A stretch of 52,166 nucleotides of DNA, from assembly GCA_030141605.1 (NCBI GenBank), contig JAQGDQ010001017.1, forward strand, positions 1-52,166, written 5' to 3'. Positions within the stretch are counted from its first letter, which is position 1. Every line of letters begins with the position of its first letter. The notes under the pieces are model-generated. The model worked only from the letters and a program-made list of their open reading frames with translations, was not told the DNA's origin and did not search any database. A program made the translations under genes and the position numbers. This document shows, one piece after another, positions 1-13,918 of the stretch. The stretch comes from Tubiluchus corallicola (Eukaryota; Animalia; Priapulida).

Positions 1-222
1 CTTTACGTAGCCTCCTCCGCTGTAGTAACCAAATTCACCTGTATTGGAAAGTAAAAATACGTGTATATAATTATTGCTTTTTCCACTTTTGTTGTCTGTG
101 CATTTAGGTGAGTTTTATCATATCTGGTGATTTTGACGACACAGATGTTCGGACGTTTGGTGACGACAAGAGGAAACTTTTTTGGGCGGGAGGTACTGAT
201 TCCTTTGTCATGATGGTAGTTC

Positions 223-987
<765 letters not shown>

Positions 988-1349
988 CGCTGTCAATCCA
1001 TTATCCCATAAGCAGTACAACTTCCAGTTTGACCTTGAGTTCTGCATTAAATAGTCAAGATATGTATATAGTTTTATTTGGCAAATTTCAACAGCCTCTG
1101 AACCCCATCAGCAAACAGTTTCTTCCAGTTGAGTCTATTGGAGCGAATTTAATAATTTTATTGAGATTCAGGGATTTAATTTACAAATGTAAGTTTATTA
1201 CAGCAAAAAAACCGTTACTATATACTGCTTTTGATGATGGCTTTTAGAGGCTGATGAAATTTGTCATATAAAATATATACATATCTTACGACTGGCTAAT
1301 GCAGAACTCAAGGTCAAACTGGTTATGCTAACTTATGGATAATGGATTG

Positions 1350-2175
<826 letters not shown>

Positions 2176-2357
2176 ACTACCATCATGACAAAGGAATCAG
2201 TACCTCCCGCCCAAAAAAGTTTCCTCTTGTCGTCACCAAACGTCCGAACATCTGTGTCGTCAAAATCACCAGATATGATAAAACTCACCTAAATGCACAG
2301 ACAACAAAAGTGGAAAAAGCAATAATTATATACACGTATTTTTACTTTCCAATACAG

Positions 2358-3400
2358 GTGAATTTGGTTACTACAGCGGAGGAGGCTACGTAAAGACATT
2401 GACTCGAAACCTGACTGAAAATAAAGCCATCATTGCTTCTCTAAAAAACTCCAGATGGATAAATGATCACACTCGTGCTCTGATGATTGAATTTACTTTG
2501 TTTAACTCCAACACGAACTTGTTTAGCGTTATCATATTAGCATTAGAATTTACTGGGACTGGTATCGTTGCACCACATCACCGAACTTTGACAATGGATC
2601 TAGTTAAATATGCAAAGACAATATCGTGGGCCTATCTAATGGTTGAACTTTTTTATATAATTCTTTTAATTATTTTTACCGCCAGGGAAATAAGGAAAGT
2701 CTATAATTTGAAATTGGGGTACTTTTTTGAATTTTGGAATTACGTTGAAATGAGTATTTTAGTTCTATCTATAACCGGCATGGCATTTTTTGTGAAACGG
2801 ACCACAGTTGTTGAATCATTGTTGAAACAAAACGTCCGAGTCAATCAGTCTGTTTTCATCAGTTTCTACGAAGCGGCATTTTGGGACTTTGCCCTTGCTT
2901 GCGTGTTGGGTGTACTTGTGTTCATAGCAACAGTTAAAGTCTGGCACATGTTACTCCTCAATAAAGTGATGTCGGTGTATTGCTTCACTCTGTCACTTTC
3001 ATTTCATCCAATCCTCAACTTTTCTCTAATGGCAATATTCATGTTAGTTCCGTTTATGCTTTTAGCAACGGTTTGGTACGGAAACACGTATAGAGAATTT
3101 AACACACCGTGGACAACTTTACGAACGCTTATATATTTGATAATACGGGCAGGGAAGGATTACTTGCAGAACATGTCTGAAACGCCATTTGGTTTCGTAT
3201 TCTTAATCGTCTTCATTGGACTTTCTCTGATTATCATATTATGTTTATTTAGAGCTATACTAATGAACTCGTATCGTTTAGTTGTTAGAAAATACAACGC
3301 CATAGAAGCACGGTTTGATATTTTCAGTCATTTTAGCCGAAAAATTGATCATTCGGTGTTTGGAATTCGTTTTTCCAAGATTGCAGACTCGTGGAAGTAG
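2358..3400 (+). CDS. Terminal exon of a polycystin-1-like (PKD1L/PKDREJ-type) gene: end of TOP domain plus TRPP-like transmembrane channel region
   Basis: Acceptor tttccaatacAG at 2356-57, then GEFGYYSGGGYVKTL...WINDHTRALMIEFTLFNSNTNLF (polycystin YSGGGY and WID-TRA-EFT-N-N-NLF motifs), GYFFEFWNYVE and several hydrophobic helices. Stop at 3398-3400. Confidence 0.88.
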
Positions 3401-3439
3401 CTTGGCATCTACAGCACGAACTGAGACTGAGAATTATTA

Positions 3440-3856
3440 CTGTCATTTGCAAAAGTTTAAGACCAAAGTGATTTTTTCATGAAAATTGACAAAACCACGT
3501 TTAACACGGTTCGATCTAAAAACTATTCATTTATTCTTCTAGAAAAATATACTACAGCATAGTTTGTATGTTTTCATCCAAAAATAGTCACAGTCCTTGA
3601 ACATTTTAGTACTTTGTTTTGCCGCCAAAGTTGTCAATCACTGCCTTCATTCTAAGACGCATCCTGGAAATTAGGTTTTGGCAGTACTAGGAAGTAATTT
3701 CTTTAACCCAAACGTCCTTGATAACTCTTCGCAAGTCTTCCGCACTTGATGGCTGCCTGTCTGACCACTTGCAGTATGATGCAATCAACAAAGAATCTGA
3801 TGCAATCAGGGTATGATGAAAACTCGAGCTTGGTCTTAAACCTTTGCAAATGACTG
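3440..3856 (-). mobile_element. Tc1-derived non-autonomous element, copy 1
   Basis: TIR CAGTCATTTGCAAAAGTTTAAGACCAA, TA on both flanks, internal relic of the transposase C-terminus (EDLRRVIKDVWVKEITS). Confidence 0.85.
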
Positions 3857-5497
3857 TATTTCTTAGTTTACCTTGTATATTTTGTCTTGTTCATTACAGC
3901 TGCTCAAAAGAAAACTGCTAGTCGTTAGACTTCAGCACCAAAAAGAGCCAAAAACAGATCAAATTGTAAGCGTACGAGACGGGAATCCGGGGGGTGATGG
4001 CTGCCCTCTCGGGGCAAAGAAATTGTACATTTTCAGAGCAAAAGCTGGCTTTTATCAGGGCAGATAATTCTATTTTAAATTTCTAAAATTTAATATTTTG
4101 ATATTTGAAAATTACTGATGTTCAGAAAGCGCACTACCTCTTTTTGCTGGCTGCAATTAAAGTGTTTCTCATACGGCAAATTGTTTTAAACTTTTGACAA
4201 TTTTGAAGTTAATAAGAGTAGCAGCTATTAAACACAGTTCACTGTGTGTCCTCTATGTAATAAAAAGTGTATAGGGGCCACTCACGTCCTCTATACACTT
4301 TTTGTTACAAGGTTATACAAATTTTTGTAGAAAGAAAACATAGACCGTCAGTATTATTTCTTTTGGATATTTGAATATTAGAAAAAGAATTTATGTTGAA
4401 ATATTTGCATGTTTCCTCAGTGAAAACATGAATCTTTGGTTTGTGTCTCGTTAAACTCGTGATTCTTTTAGCTCAGATTATTATAATTAGAACTTCCTGT
4501 GTTTGGTATTGCAATTACTATATGTTATATTGAGTACAATTACGTATAAATAAAAATAAATCTAATCTTATAACGTATAAAATATTTTGTTTTTTAGGCA
4601 TTTTATCAGCCTGTATCCTATATAATTTAGTGGCCCTCATTCACAATGTATTTCGAAAATCACTCAGGTTAGGGCAACTTGGAACTATAATATGAAAACC
4701 TACTCCCATGACCTTCTTTCTCCAAGCTGATTTTTAGCGCTATCCTGTTCTTACAGACCTACCTTACTTTTCCTTTTTCACATTTATTGCATAATTCTTT
4801 TCTCTCTAGTACAAACTACATATACTAACAAATGCCAGGTGCCACTTGCTGGACGGCCGCTGCTTTGCGATATGCTTCAATACAACCTAAAGACATGTGC
4901 TCGCATCTAGCATAACCTCTGTGGTTATCGCATTTCTAGGACCAATTTTTACATTGGTTTTCATAAGCGATATATATATATAGACGAAATCTTTATTTGC
5001 TAATTATAAGCTTATGTATACAAAGTACATTGTACATAAGAAAATTTATAATGCGAAGAGAGCCAGCATATGTGTTAATCACGTACAACGTATGCGACTG
5101 ACTGAATATTGGCAACTAATTACAACTAATATTATGAAAAAACTGAACTATGATAGTTAAAAACTACTGGAAATTAGTAAACTATGAAATATTGAGCTTA
5201 TTTATAAAATTTACATAGTTAAGTATATAGTAAGATGACGAAGACAAAGTGATGACATTGCTGGATGGAAAAAATTAAGTACACATGTATAACAAATAAT
5301 CAGTATTCCATGTGATAATTGATAGTGTAATTAAATTGAACATAATAGCATGAATTCCTGCCAATATTTAAAGCAATTAACATTAGTTAAATTAAGGTAA
5401 ATTTATGGTATATAAATATCCTAATTTTAGTCAAATGCGTGTAATTTCATGTCTAATGCGTCTTGTTTCTTTTCCTTTTCGGAGTTTAGCACTTTAA

Positions 5498-5954
5498 CCC
5501 TTTCTTACCCGTTGTATCCCGTGGGATACGAGAATATTTTCTGCCTTTGAAATTAATAAAATTTTAAAACTGACAGTTATTTGATCTGTTAATAGTTATT
5601 TTGATTTAAGCCAATGAAAATAGATTAAAATGGTGATAAAATGGCAAACTAGAAAATCTACATAGCACAAAAAACTGCACAAGGTACAGTACTTTAGAGA
5701 CGACTTTGTACAGATCAGCATAGCATGCATACTAAATGTCTTAAATACTTTAAAAAATTATCAGCAGTTGCAAAATGAAGCACATTTTATGCTTCCATTG
5801 AATCCCAATGTATCCCGTGGGATACAGGCTATATTTAGCACGTCGGGCACAGGTAGAAAAAAAATTATTATGTGTAAACAAGATGGACATACTGAACAAA
5901 ATTACCAAGCCAAAAAAAATTTTCGTATTAAAAAATAATTTGGGACTGAAAGGG
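5498..5954. mobile_element. piggyBac-like MITE, copy 1
   Basis: TTAA on both flanks, CCCTTTC...GAAAGGG termini, subterminal GTATCCCGTGGGATAC palindromes; four copies in the window. Confidence 0.85.
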
Positions 5955-7040
5955 TTAAACATTTATTATTTCTGCATCCCAGTTGAGTTTTTTCGGTTTT
6001 TTTGGAAACGTTGTGTATGTATCATTCCACGTATCGAGGAGTTTGCTCTTACACTTGCCAGCTCGTTCAGCTGATTTACGTACATGCACTCCTGGCTCAC
6101 GGAAGTTACAATTTAACGTTTCGTTTTTTCCGCAGATGTTCTCATAAAGTGTGTATATGTGATTTTCATTGAAGTAGCAGCCTGCGTATGCCTCCTGAAA
6201 TGTTAGTCTACGTTTTCCACGTGCAAATCTATTTAGCATCAGATTCTTTTCACCTGGAATGTACGGGCGAAATGAGGGATCCGTCAGTTTTTCAAATACC
6301 CACTGGAGAAATTTCGACCAAACGTGTGGCATAGGAGCTAAGCCCCATGGTCCGACAAGTGGGTTCAGGTAGGCTGTGTCATTGCATTTTGGACACAGCG
6401 GCTTTCTGATTTGAATGCGACCTCTGTCCAGTCTTCCGACAGTGTGTCCACTCATGAGTGTTACAGCACCCACTTCCGGGTCATCCTTGTAGAAGAGAAG
6501 GGCAGCTTTTAACCACCTGTAATAGAACCTAGATGGCGCTGTGTCATCTTCGAATATAATGCCATAGTGTCCTGGTTTTTTTGAAGGTATCCAACAAGTA
6601 AACCATTGCATATGAATCCCTTTATTGCGGTCATTAACTAGCACTTCCTTTTTACCATAAGGCCAGTCGAATGAGTTAGCAATAGAAACAGTTTCCTTTG
6701 ATATTTTCTCTTTCCTGTCAATACAGATCTTTAATTGCACTACATCACCGTCATATTCTGCATCAGTCAAAGCGTTTAGCAGTCTCGCCAATGACCAAGG
6801 TCTATTCATCGTCAATATGGCAATTTCCAGGAGGAATGGCTCGTCTTTTGTGGCGACACCTGTCGTGAATGTGGTCGATATTGAAGCTGTTGTGCTTGCG
6901 TGCTTTGAACATGGTTGTTTTGACCAATCATCAAACTTTTGACATTGGTCCACACACCTTGCGTAACGAATAATGGCACAGAACAGCGCATAGATGTAAA
7001 TACGACGAAAAATGCGTTTCTTAAGTCGACAAATTATCAT
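5955..7040 (-). CDS. Intronless type-II membrane glycosyltransferase, GT-A fold (GT2-like), 361 aa
   Basis: Basic N-tail, TM anchor (IYIYALFCAII), Thr/Ser stem, then IAILTMNRPWSLARLL, FDWPYGKK, GIHMQWFTCW, IIFEDD (DXD-type) and SRFYYRWLK. Confidence 0.75.
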   Translation of the reverse strand: MIICRLKKRIFRRIYIYALFCAIIRYARCVDQCQKFDDWSKQPCSKHASTTASISTTFTTGVATKDEPFLLEIAILTMNRPWSLARLLNALTDAEYDGDVVQLKICIDRKEKISKETVSIANSFDWPYGKKEVLVNDRNKGIHMQWFTCWIPSKKPGHYGIIFEDDTAPSRFYYRWLKAALLFYKDDPEVGAVTLMSGHTVGRLDRGRIQIRKPLCPKCNDTAYLNPLVGPWGLAPMPHVWSKFLQWVFEKLTDPSFRPYIPGEKNLMLNRFARGKRRLTFQEAYAGCYFNENHIYTLYENICGKNETLNCNFREPGVHVRKSAERAGKCKSKLLDTWNDTYTTFPKKPKKLNWDAEIINV

Positions 7041-7071
7041 GGTGCCACTTTAAGGTGATCAACTGTTCAGA

Positions 7072-7416
7072 ACACTTAAAATGAAGCACAAAACTACAGC
7101 GCGCTACGCATACTTCACTTGTGACATTAAATAGAACAGTACACTTAAAATGAAGCACAAAACTACAGCGCGCTACGCATACTTCACTTGTGACATTAAA
7201 TAGAACTGTACACTTAAAATGAAGCACAAGAGTACAGCACGCTACGCATCGTTCACTTGTGACTTTAAATAGAAGGGTACACTTAAAATGAAGCATAAGA
7301 CTACAGCGCGCTACGCATCGTTCACTTGTGACTTTAAATAGAAGGGTACACTTAAAATGAAGCATAAGACTACAGCGCGCTACGCATCGTTCACTTGTGA
7401 CTTTAAATAGAAGGGT
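7072..7416. repeat. 69-bp minisatellite, 5 copies, just upstream of the glycosyltransferase start
   Basis: Unit ACACTTAAAATGAAGCA... at 7072, 7141, 7210, 7279, 7348. Confidence 0.95.
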
Positions 7417-7799
7417 TTGTCACGTCAGTTAAATAAGTCAATGACACAAACAGTGGGCCTGCGGCAGTGGTTACAGACTTCCAGGCCCTGCTATGTAATG
7501 CAGCTTGAAAAGGTCTGAGAAGGTCGCTTAGCTTGTTTGAAACTTCCGCAATGAAAAGCAGCAGGGGTCACAAAGTTCGTCCATGAAAGCATTAGTTTAA
7601 ACATAAGTCATCTGGTTAAGATTAAGCAGTTTTCAAAACAGATACATGAATTCTCACCGTGTAACTGTATGTACAAACAGAAGTGCAGAAAAAATAAAGT
7701 AATTTAAGTGCAAACAAACACAAATAGATATACATACATAACTACACATGCATACGTTTATATATGTAGATGTATACAGTATTTATATTTGTATACAGA

Positions 7800-8155
7800 T
7801 GTGACACAAAGTAAAGAGGACCTGTTAAACTATGTTAAAACCGTTAGATTATGATCGATAATTATGTTGATGAATGCTGACATGAAGCCAGTTAAGGAGT
7901 GGTGTCACGTGAGTAAGTGATTCAGAATCGAGGTGTCGAAGCTCCGCGCACGATATATAAGCCGTGCGATGCGCCCAGCTCAGGGAATTGGAATTAGAGT
8001 GAGTCTAGGTGCCGGAGCAGAGAGGCTAGATCAGGGGGCTTGGCATTACTATCTGTTACATTTATTGTGTTTGATGTTCAATAAACGTGTAGTTTTATAA
8101 TCTGACTCTTCATAGTTTTGCCATCCTTAAAACACCAATAATTAACTTATACACA
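7800..8155 (+). mobile_element. Probable solo LTR, family B, copy 1
   Basis: TGT...ACA ends, TATATAAG at ~7954, AATAAA at ~8080; inverted homologous copy at 37470-37800; no clean TSD. Confidence 0.6.
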
Positions 8156-8499
8156 ACTAATTATTTTTACTCACAATGAATAATATAACAAATAAATAAT
8201 GACAATAACTGTCTTGGAATGCGCGCCATCTTGCGCGGTGTTGTGTTTAATTCAATTTGGTTTTGTTAACTTGATGCATCTGAAAATTGCTCTTAGTGGT
8301 ATCTCACAATGACGAGTCCTTACCACTTCACCATGCGTGTCATTAGCGTTTTCTACGTGTAAAAATCTAAATTCCCTGCCGGAGCAGAATAGCTGTCCAG
8401 AACAAGAATTGCTCCCTGTCAAACACCTGAATGAACAAATCAGCGTGAGAAAGTTTCAGACGCCAATACAAAAGGGAACCTAATCGCATTAAAACGCTA

Positions 8500-8901
8500 T
8501 GTGAAAGTCATGTTTAAAGTTGTAGATCACTCACTTGTAGAACAAGAATAAAAAACATATAATCCATGTTTGCACTGCACAAACAGAAAAGTGTTTATTA
8601 AACTAAAGACGAAAGTAGCATGACTGCTGCGCTGAACACTGAGAATGAGAGAGTCCTGCACTGAACACTGAGAGTTAGAGAGTGACTAGAAAGTAAAACC
8701 AGACAGTATATATAGGTATAGGTAACCTATGCAGACTTGCACAGGCATCAAAAAACATTACTTTAAAATAGGGAGAGAACCAGTGAATATGCATTCACTG
8801 GACCATGCAATTATACTGGGGGTAAGTTAGCTGGTAGAATTTAACAGGATTAGTTCATAGATGGCAGCACCTAATTAAAATGTACAATTACAACTTCCAC
8901 A
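8500..8901 (-). mobile_element. Solo LTR, family A, copy 1
   Basis: TGTGAAAG...CTTCCACA termini; homologous to 14423-14814 and 44769-44837. Confidence 0.75.
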
Positions 8902-9000
8902 AGCTTAGGATTCGTAATGTAATTTTGGACGCAATCAAAAATTTTACAATTAACAGCAATATTAAAAATCATCATTTCCACAAAGATACAATGACAACAG

Positions 9001-9217
9001 TTTTAGCTGAGCCATTTTACCTGTGTCACTTTTTCCTATGCCATTTTTAGCTGAGCCATTTTACCTGTACCACTTTTTCCTATGCCATTTTTGGCACAGC
9101 CATTTTACCTGTACCACTTTTTCCTATGCCATTTTTAGCTGAGCCATTTTACCTGTACCACTTTTTCCTATGCCGTTTTTAAAGTGCCAATTTTTACTTG
9201 TACCATTTTTCCTATGT
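9001..9217. repeat. 44-bp tandem repeat built from 14-15-bp subunits (GCCATTTT...)
   Basis: Unit TTTTTAGCTGAGCCATTTTACCTGTACCACTTTTTCCTATGCCA, about 5 copies. Confidence 0.9.
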
Positions 9218-9481
9218 CAGATCCACAAGCCATGTTTGTTTGTGCCATAGTTACTGAAACACAACTGAGTAATGAACAATTATCGGACTGCACAGATTAG
9301 AATCGCAGGACTGAAAGCAGGTGCTGGACTGGTGTGAAGCCCGCCCATGGTCAAGGACGTCCCTCTAATATGAGTCACTGAACCAGCAGAAGCATTTCGT
9401 CCTACCAGTGTTGATAATTTGTTCAGAAATTATTATAAAAGATCATAAACTAAGTTGAGATTTAAATATACAGAAATGACT

Positions 9482-10382
9482 GAGACAGATAACTACTGTA
9501 ACGTTGCTTATTCAGATCAAACTAAATTAACAAGACAGATGACTACTGCAAAGCTGCTTATTCAGATCAAACTAACTTTACCAGACAGATGACTACTGCA
9601 AAGCTGCTTATTCAGATCAAACTAATTAACCAGACAGATGACTACTGTAACGTTGCTCATTTAGATCAAACTAAATTAACCAAACAGACGACTAATGTAA
9701 CTTTGCCTTTTCAGATTAAAGAAAATTACCCAGACAGACGACTACTGTAACGTTGTTCATTCAGATCAAACTAAATTAACCAGACAGATGGCTACTGCTA
9801 TGCTGCTAATTCAGATCAAAGTAAATTAACCAGACACGTGACTACTGCAACGCTGCTAATTCAGATCAAACTAAATTAACCAGACAGATGACTACTGCAA
9901 CGCTGCTTATTCAGATCAAAGTAAATTAACCAGACAGATGACTACTGCAACGCTGCTAATTTAGATTAAAGTAAATTAACCAGACAGATGACTACTGCAA
10001 AGTTGCTTTTTCAGATCAAAGTAAAATAACCAGACAGATGACTACTGCAACGCTGCTAATTCAGATCAAAGTAAATTAACCAGACAGACGACTACTGCAA
10101 AGCTGCTAATTCAGATCAAAGTAAATTAACCAGACAGATGACTACTGCAACGCTGCTTATTCAGATCAAAGTAAATTAACCAGACAGATGACTACTGCCA
10201 TGCTGCTAATTCAGATCAAAATAAAATAACCAGACAGATGACTACTGCAACGCTGCTAATTCAGATCAAAGTAAATTAACCAGACAGATGACTACTGTAA
10301 AGTTGCTTTTTCAGATCGAACTAAATTAACCAGATATATAACTACTGTGACGCTGCTCGTTCAGATCAAACAAAATTAACCA
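9482..10382. repeat. 50-bp minisatellite, about 18 copies
   Basis: Unit CAGACAGATGACTACTGCAACGCTGCTAATTCAGATCAAAGTAAATTAAC recurring every 50 bp. Confidence 0.97.
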
Positions 10383-10560
10383 ATAAATAAAAATTCCATC
10401 ATTGTTTCGCGTATGCGCTGATTTCATAAACAATAGGGCTTCGAAAAGCATTAGAATTTTTATAACAATGACAATTGGAACAACAAACAATGCAATGTTC
10501 TGAATAAGCTAAACAAAGACAGCACAGCTGGTGATGAGCTTCAGCCTACTTTTCTGATTT

Positions 10561-10690
10561 ATGATGTGTGGTCATAAGTCGACAGAAATGCGAGTGACCA
10601 AGATGTTTCAACTGACCAAGTGCCTTAGCACGTTTGGTTTCTTGCTGTGCAATGTACAACTGCTAAGCATAAGAGCTGAAAGTTTAAAAG
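10561..10690 (+). CDS. PKD1-like gene 2, putative first coding exon (signal peptide; start could be 10561, 10588 or 10603)
   Basis: MFQLTKCLSTFGFLLCNVQLLSIRA-ESLK, donor AG|GTAAAG in phase 1, compatible with the exon at 13110. Confidence 0.5.
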
Positions 10691-11217
10691 GTAAAGAAAT
10701 CAACACTTTCTTTGTTTGATCTACGTAAGCATTCAAACGTATTTTGTTTTACCTGTTATTACAGCTCAGCAAATGTTTTTTGGGATGGTAGAAATTTTCT
10801 GATATTAATGCTTGTAATAGTTTTTGATGCATTTTAGAATACTTTTCTTTCAAATAGTAGAATACTTTCAAAAACTGACGTGGCGTAATTACAAAATTTT
10901 TGAAAATACTAATACTGAAGTACAAATTTCGGCTGAATTTCCTTTTTTTCTTATTTCCCTCTCTTCACTGAATTTGCAAAGGTTCAACCAATTCTATCAC
11001 ATCATATTCCTGTGCTCAACATTTTGACTTAGGAAGTGTGAAAAATACAAGAAACTTTCTGTCTGTCATAGTCAATTTTAGTGCGCATACGTTCTCTTGA
11101 TCATTTACTGTTGAAGACAATGAAAATTTTTTCATACGGGCCATGCTAAGTTGGCCCAATCTAAGAGTGTGCTGCAAGTTAAAGCACGAGAAAACTCTCC
11201 ACTTAGATAAAGCTTAA

Positions 11218-11627
11218 CCCTTTCAGTCCCATATTATTTTTTAGTAAGAATTACAACCGTTTGTTCCCAATGTATCCTGCGGGATACACAACATTCTTTG
11301 TCATGTGCAAAAAAAACAAAGTCCGACTTTTTAAAAACACAACAAAAGCAAAAAATGTGTTTCATTTTGCGACTGCTGATATTTTTTTAAAGTATTTAAG
11401 ACATTTAGTATGCATGCTATGCTGATCTGTACAAAGTCGTCTCTAAAGTACTGTACCTTGCGCAGTTTTTATGCTATGCTGATTTTCTAGTTTGCCATTT
11501 TATCACCATTTTTAGTCTATTGTTATTGGCTTAAATCAAAATAACTATTAACAGATTTTAAAATTTTATTAATTTTAAAGGCAGAAAATATTCCCGTATC
11601 CCACGGGATACAACCGGTAGGAAAGGG
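11218..11627. mobile_element. piggyBac-like MITE, copy 2 (inverted)
   Basis: TTAA-CCCTTTC...GAAAGGG-ATAA; homologous to 5498-5954. Confidence 0.8.
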
Positions 11628-12362
11628 ATAAAAAAATTTGCCTTGGAAAGTTATATCACTTACCTGAGGATATATCATATATCCCTTTTTGCAAACAGAA
11701 ACGCTGTACAAAACGTGTAAATTTAAACCTTGACCTTAGGCGCAGCCATTTTGATGGTAAGTCATTTAAAACAGGTTCAGATAACATTGAGTAAAGTTTT
11801 AAAAAATAATCAGAGCATTCGTAGCGCCCACGTTACTAACTCAATAAACGTTTAAATTACTGTATCTTGTCAATGAGATTAAAATGCGTTTTTGGTTAGT
11901 GAGTGGCGCACCCTGGAGGGTGAGTCAGCAACATTTTACCAATTGGCACGAACATTTTAAATTATTATTTCTAGTTACATAAGTCTTTCCAGCAGGTAAG
12001 CGAAATGCTAAGTAATATAGACTTGCAGGGAAAGTTTTTTGGGACATAATTTAACATTTTTCATTTCTTTCCCTGATTTACGTTTTACGTAGGTGACGTC
12101 ACGTAATGGCGTCGTCCGAACAGCATTGCGGGAGATTTAAAAAACACAAATAAAAAATCCTTCTAACACAAGCACCGTGTACGCTTAAAATTGCTATGAA
12201 GTAATTAATTTCAAAAAGCGATTTTTCTGAAACTTACTTCAGGTGCCCAATTTCTTGTCCTTCAAATATTGGCATTGGTTTGCAAATATTAGAAGTTAGG
12301 CAAATGCGTTCAGGCCGTAAAATGGTCAGGAAACTGTCATCAAAAAAGCGGAGTCACGCAAG

Positions 12363-13029
12363 ATGTTGCCTCATGTAGCTATTGAGACTGGAAGATGGGC
12401 AAGGATAAAAAGAGAAGACAGGCTATGCTCCTGTCCTGGCTTAAACATTCAAACAGAAGAGCATGTTATCTGTTTTTGTCAACTTACGAATCACCTTCGT
12501 GAAGATAACACTGATCTGAGCTTCAGCGATTTGCATGAATTTTTCAATGGAAACCCAATGTCATATTGTGAATTTGTAAATAACTCTTTAGTGATTTTTG
12601 GAAGGTTATGATCGTGTTATTTGATCAAAAGTGTTTATCGTGAATTTGTAAATAACCCTTGAGCTGTTTTTGGACAGTAATGCAGTAATGATCATGCTAT
12701 GTGATCAAAAGTGTTTATCGTGAATTTGTAAATAACCCTTGAACTGTTTTTGGACAGTAATGATCATGTTATGTGATCAAAAGTGTTTAACGTGAATTTG
12801 TAAATAACCCTTGAACTGTTTTTGGACAGTAATGCAGTAATGATAGTGTTATGTGATCAAAAGTGTTTATCGTGAATTTGTAAATAACCCTTGAGCTATT
12901 TTTGGACAGTAATGCAGTAATGATCATGTTATATGATCAAAAGTTATTTTTTGTAGTGAACTATGGACTGAACCAAAATATCATGTTCGACTATCTCTTA
13001 CTCAGTCAATAAACACACACACACACACA
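12363..13029 (+). mobile_element. 5'-truncated LINE (L2/CR1 group) 3' end with a 60-69-bp tandem repeat in the 3' UTR and a (CA)n tail
   Basis: AIETGRWARIKREDRLCSC...TEEHVICFC C-terminal CCHC-like motif; repeats at 12620-12945; AATAAA followed by (CA)n at 13008-13029. Confidence 0.75.
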
Positions 13030-13109
13030 TATATATAAGCAATATACAAAATCTACTTTGTATCTTTTATTATATGTGGTTTAATTCTCTCATGTCTTTT
13101 TTGTTGTAG

Positions 13110-13277
13110 GCGATTCGACAGAAAACTGTACCTGGGGTGATTGGGGTAAGTGGAGTAAGTGCATTGATACATGCAGCTTTGGAATAAGAGAACGAGTACA
13201 AGTTACAATCTCCGGAGAAGAAGATGAGGCTTGTAACAGAACAGGAATTCAGGCATGGGCTTGCCCAAATAAGAAAT
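13110..13277 (+). CDS. PKD1-like gene 2 exon: thrombospondin type-1 (TSP1) repeat
   Basis: ttgttgtAG|...|GTAAGC, phase 1-1; CTWGDWGKWSKCIDTCSFGIRER...C...C. Confidence 0.8.
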
Positions 13278-13324
13278 GTAAGCATTTCTCTATGTTCTCA
13301 TTCAAGTGCTTTCCTATGTTACAC

Positions 13325-13752
13325 CACGTTCAAACTAGCGGATTTCTCTCGGTCATTAAACTGGCAAGTGTGAACAACTTTGCGAGTTAGTGGAGACAAG
13401 TTATTGCAAACTCGCCCACAATTCCAGCGAGTTACTGCCTAATGCTAACGCCTCTGCGAGTTACTTAGTAAGTTTCTTGCAGTGAAAAAACTGTCTAGAG
13501 TGACCTGCTTTGCGAGTTACTATAGGCAAGTTATTGCAAAAACTCTCCGACATTGTAAACGAGTTACTGTCTAGTGTGAACGTCTATGCGAGTTACTTGG
13601 CAAGTTTCTTGCAGAGAATAGAGAACCGAGTGTCAGCTCGCGTTTACTATCAGAGAGTAACTCGTTTTGCTTTTGTCTGAACACGCTTGCGAGTTACTTG
13701 GCGAGCGCGCGGTTAGTCTACAGTCCCGTTTACACTAGTGAGAAAATACTCG
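13325..13752. repeat. Internally repetitive decayed element (GCGAGTTACT motifs), possibly Harbinger-like MITE
   Basis: Repeated GCGAGTTACT and GCAAGTT motifs in both orientations; CCGTTTACACTAG-like ends. Confidence 0.4.
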
Positions 13753-13918
13753 ACCTTCTTGTTCCTTTTTAGATCCAGACTTAATCTGAACAGTCTAAAT
13801 AGATTTTAATTCACATTCACGGTTAAAAATATCGAGTTTTAAAGTTTGTACATTAAATATGAGCAAGTCATTAATTCTATTCTAATTCGCAACTGCCTGA
13901 ATATTATTAACCTATTAA

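Noticed and set aside
3900-3965. Possible extra 3' exon of PKD gene 1 (AG...GTAAGC)
   Set aside because: No convincing in-frame donor upstream of the stop at 3400.
9482-10382. CRISPR-like regular array (also 26516-26855)
   Set aside because: Units are contiguous with no unique spacers, no cas genes, eukaryotic context.
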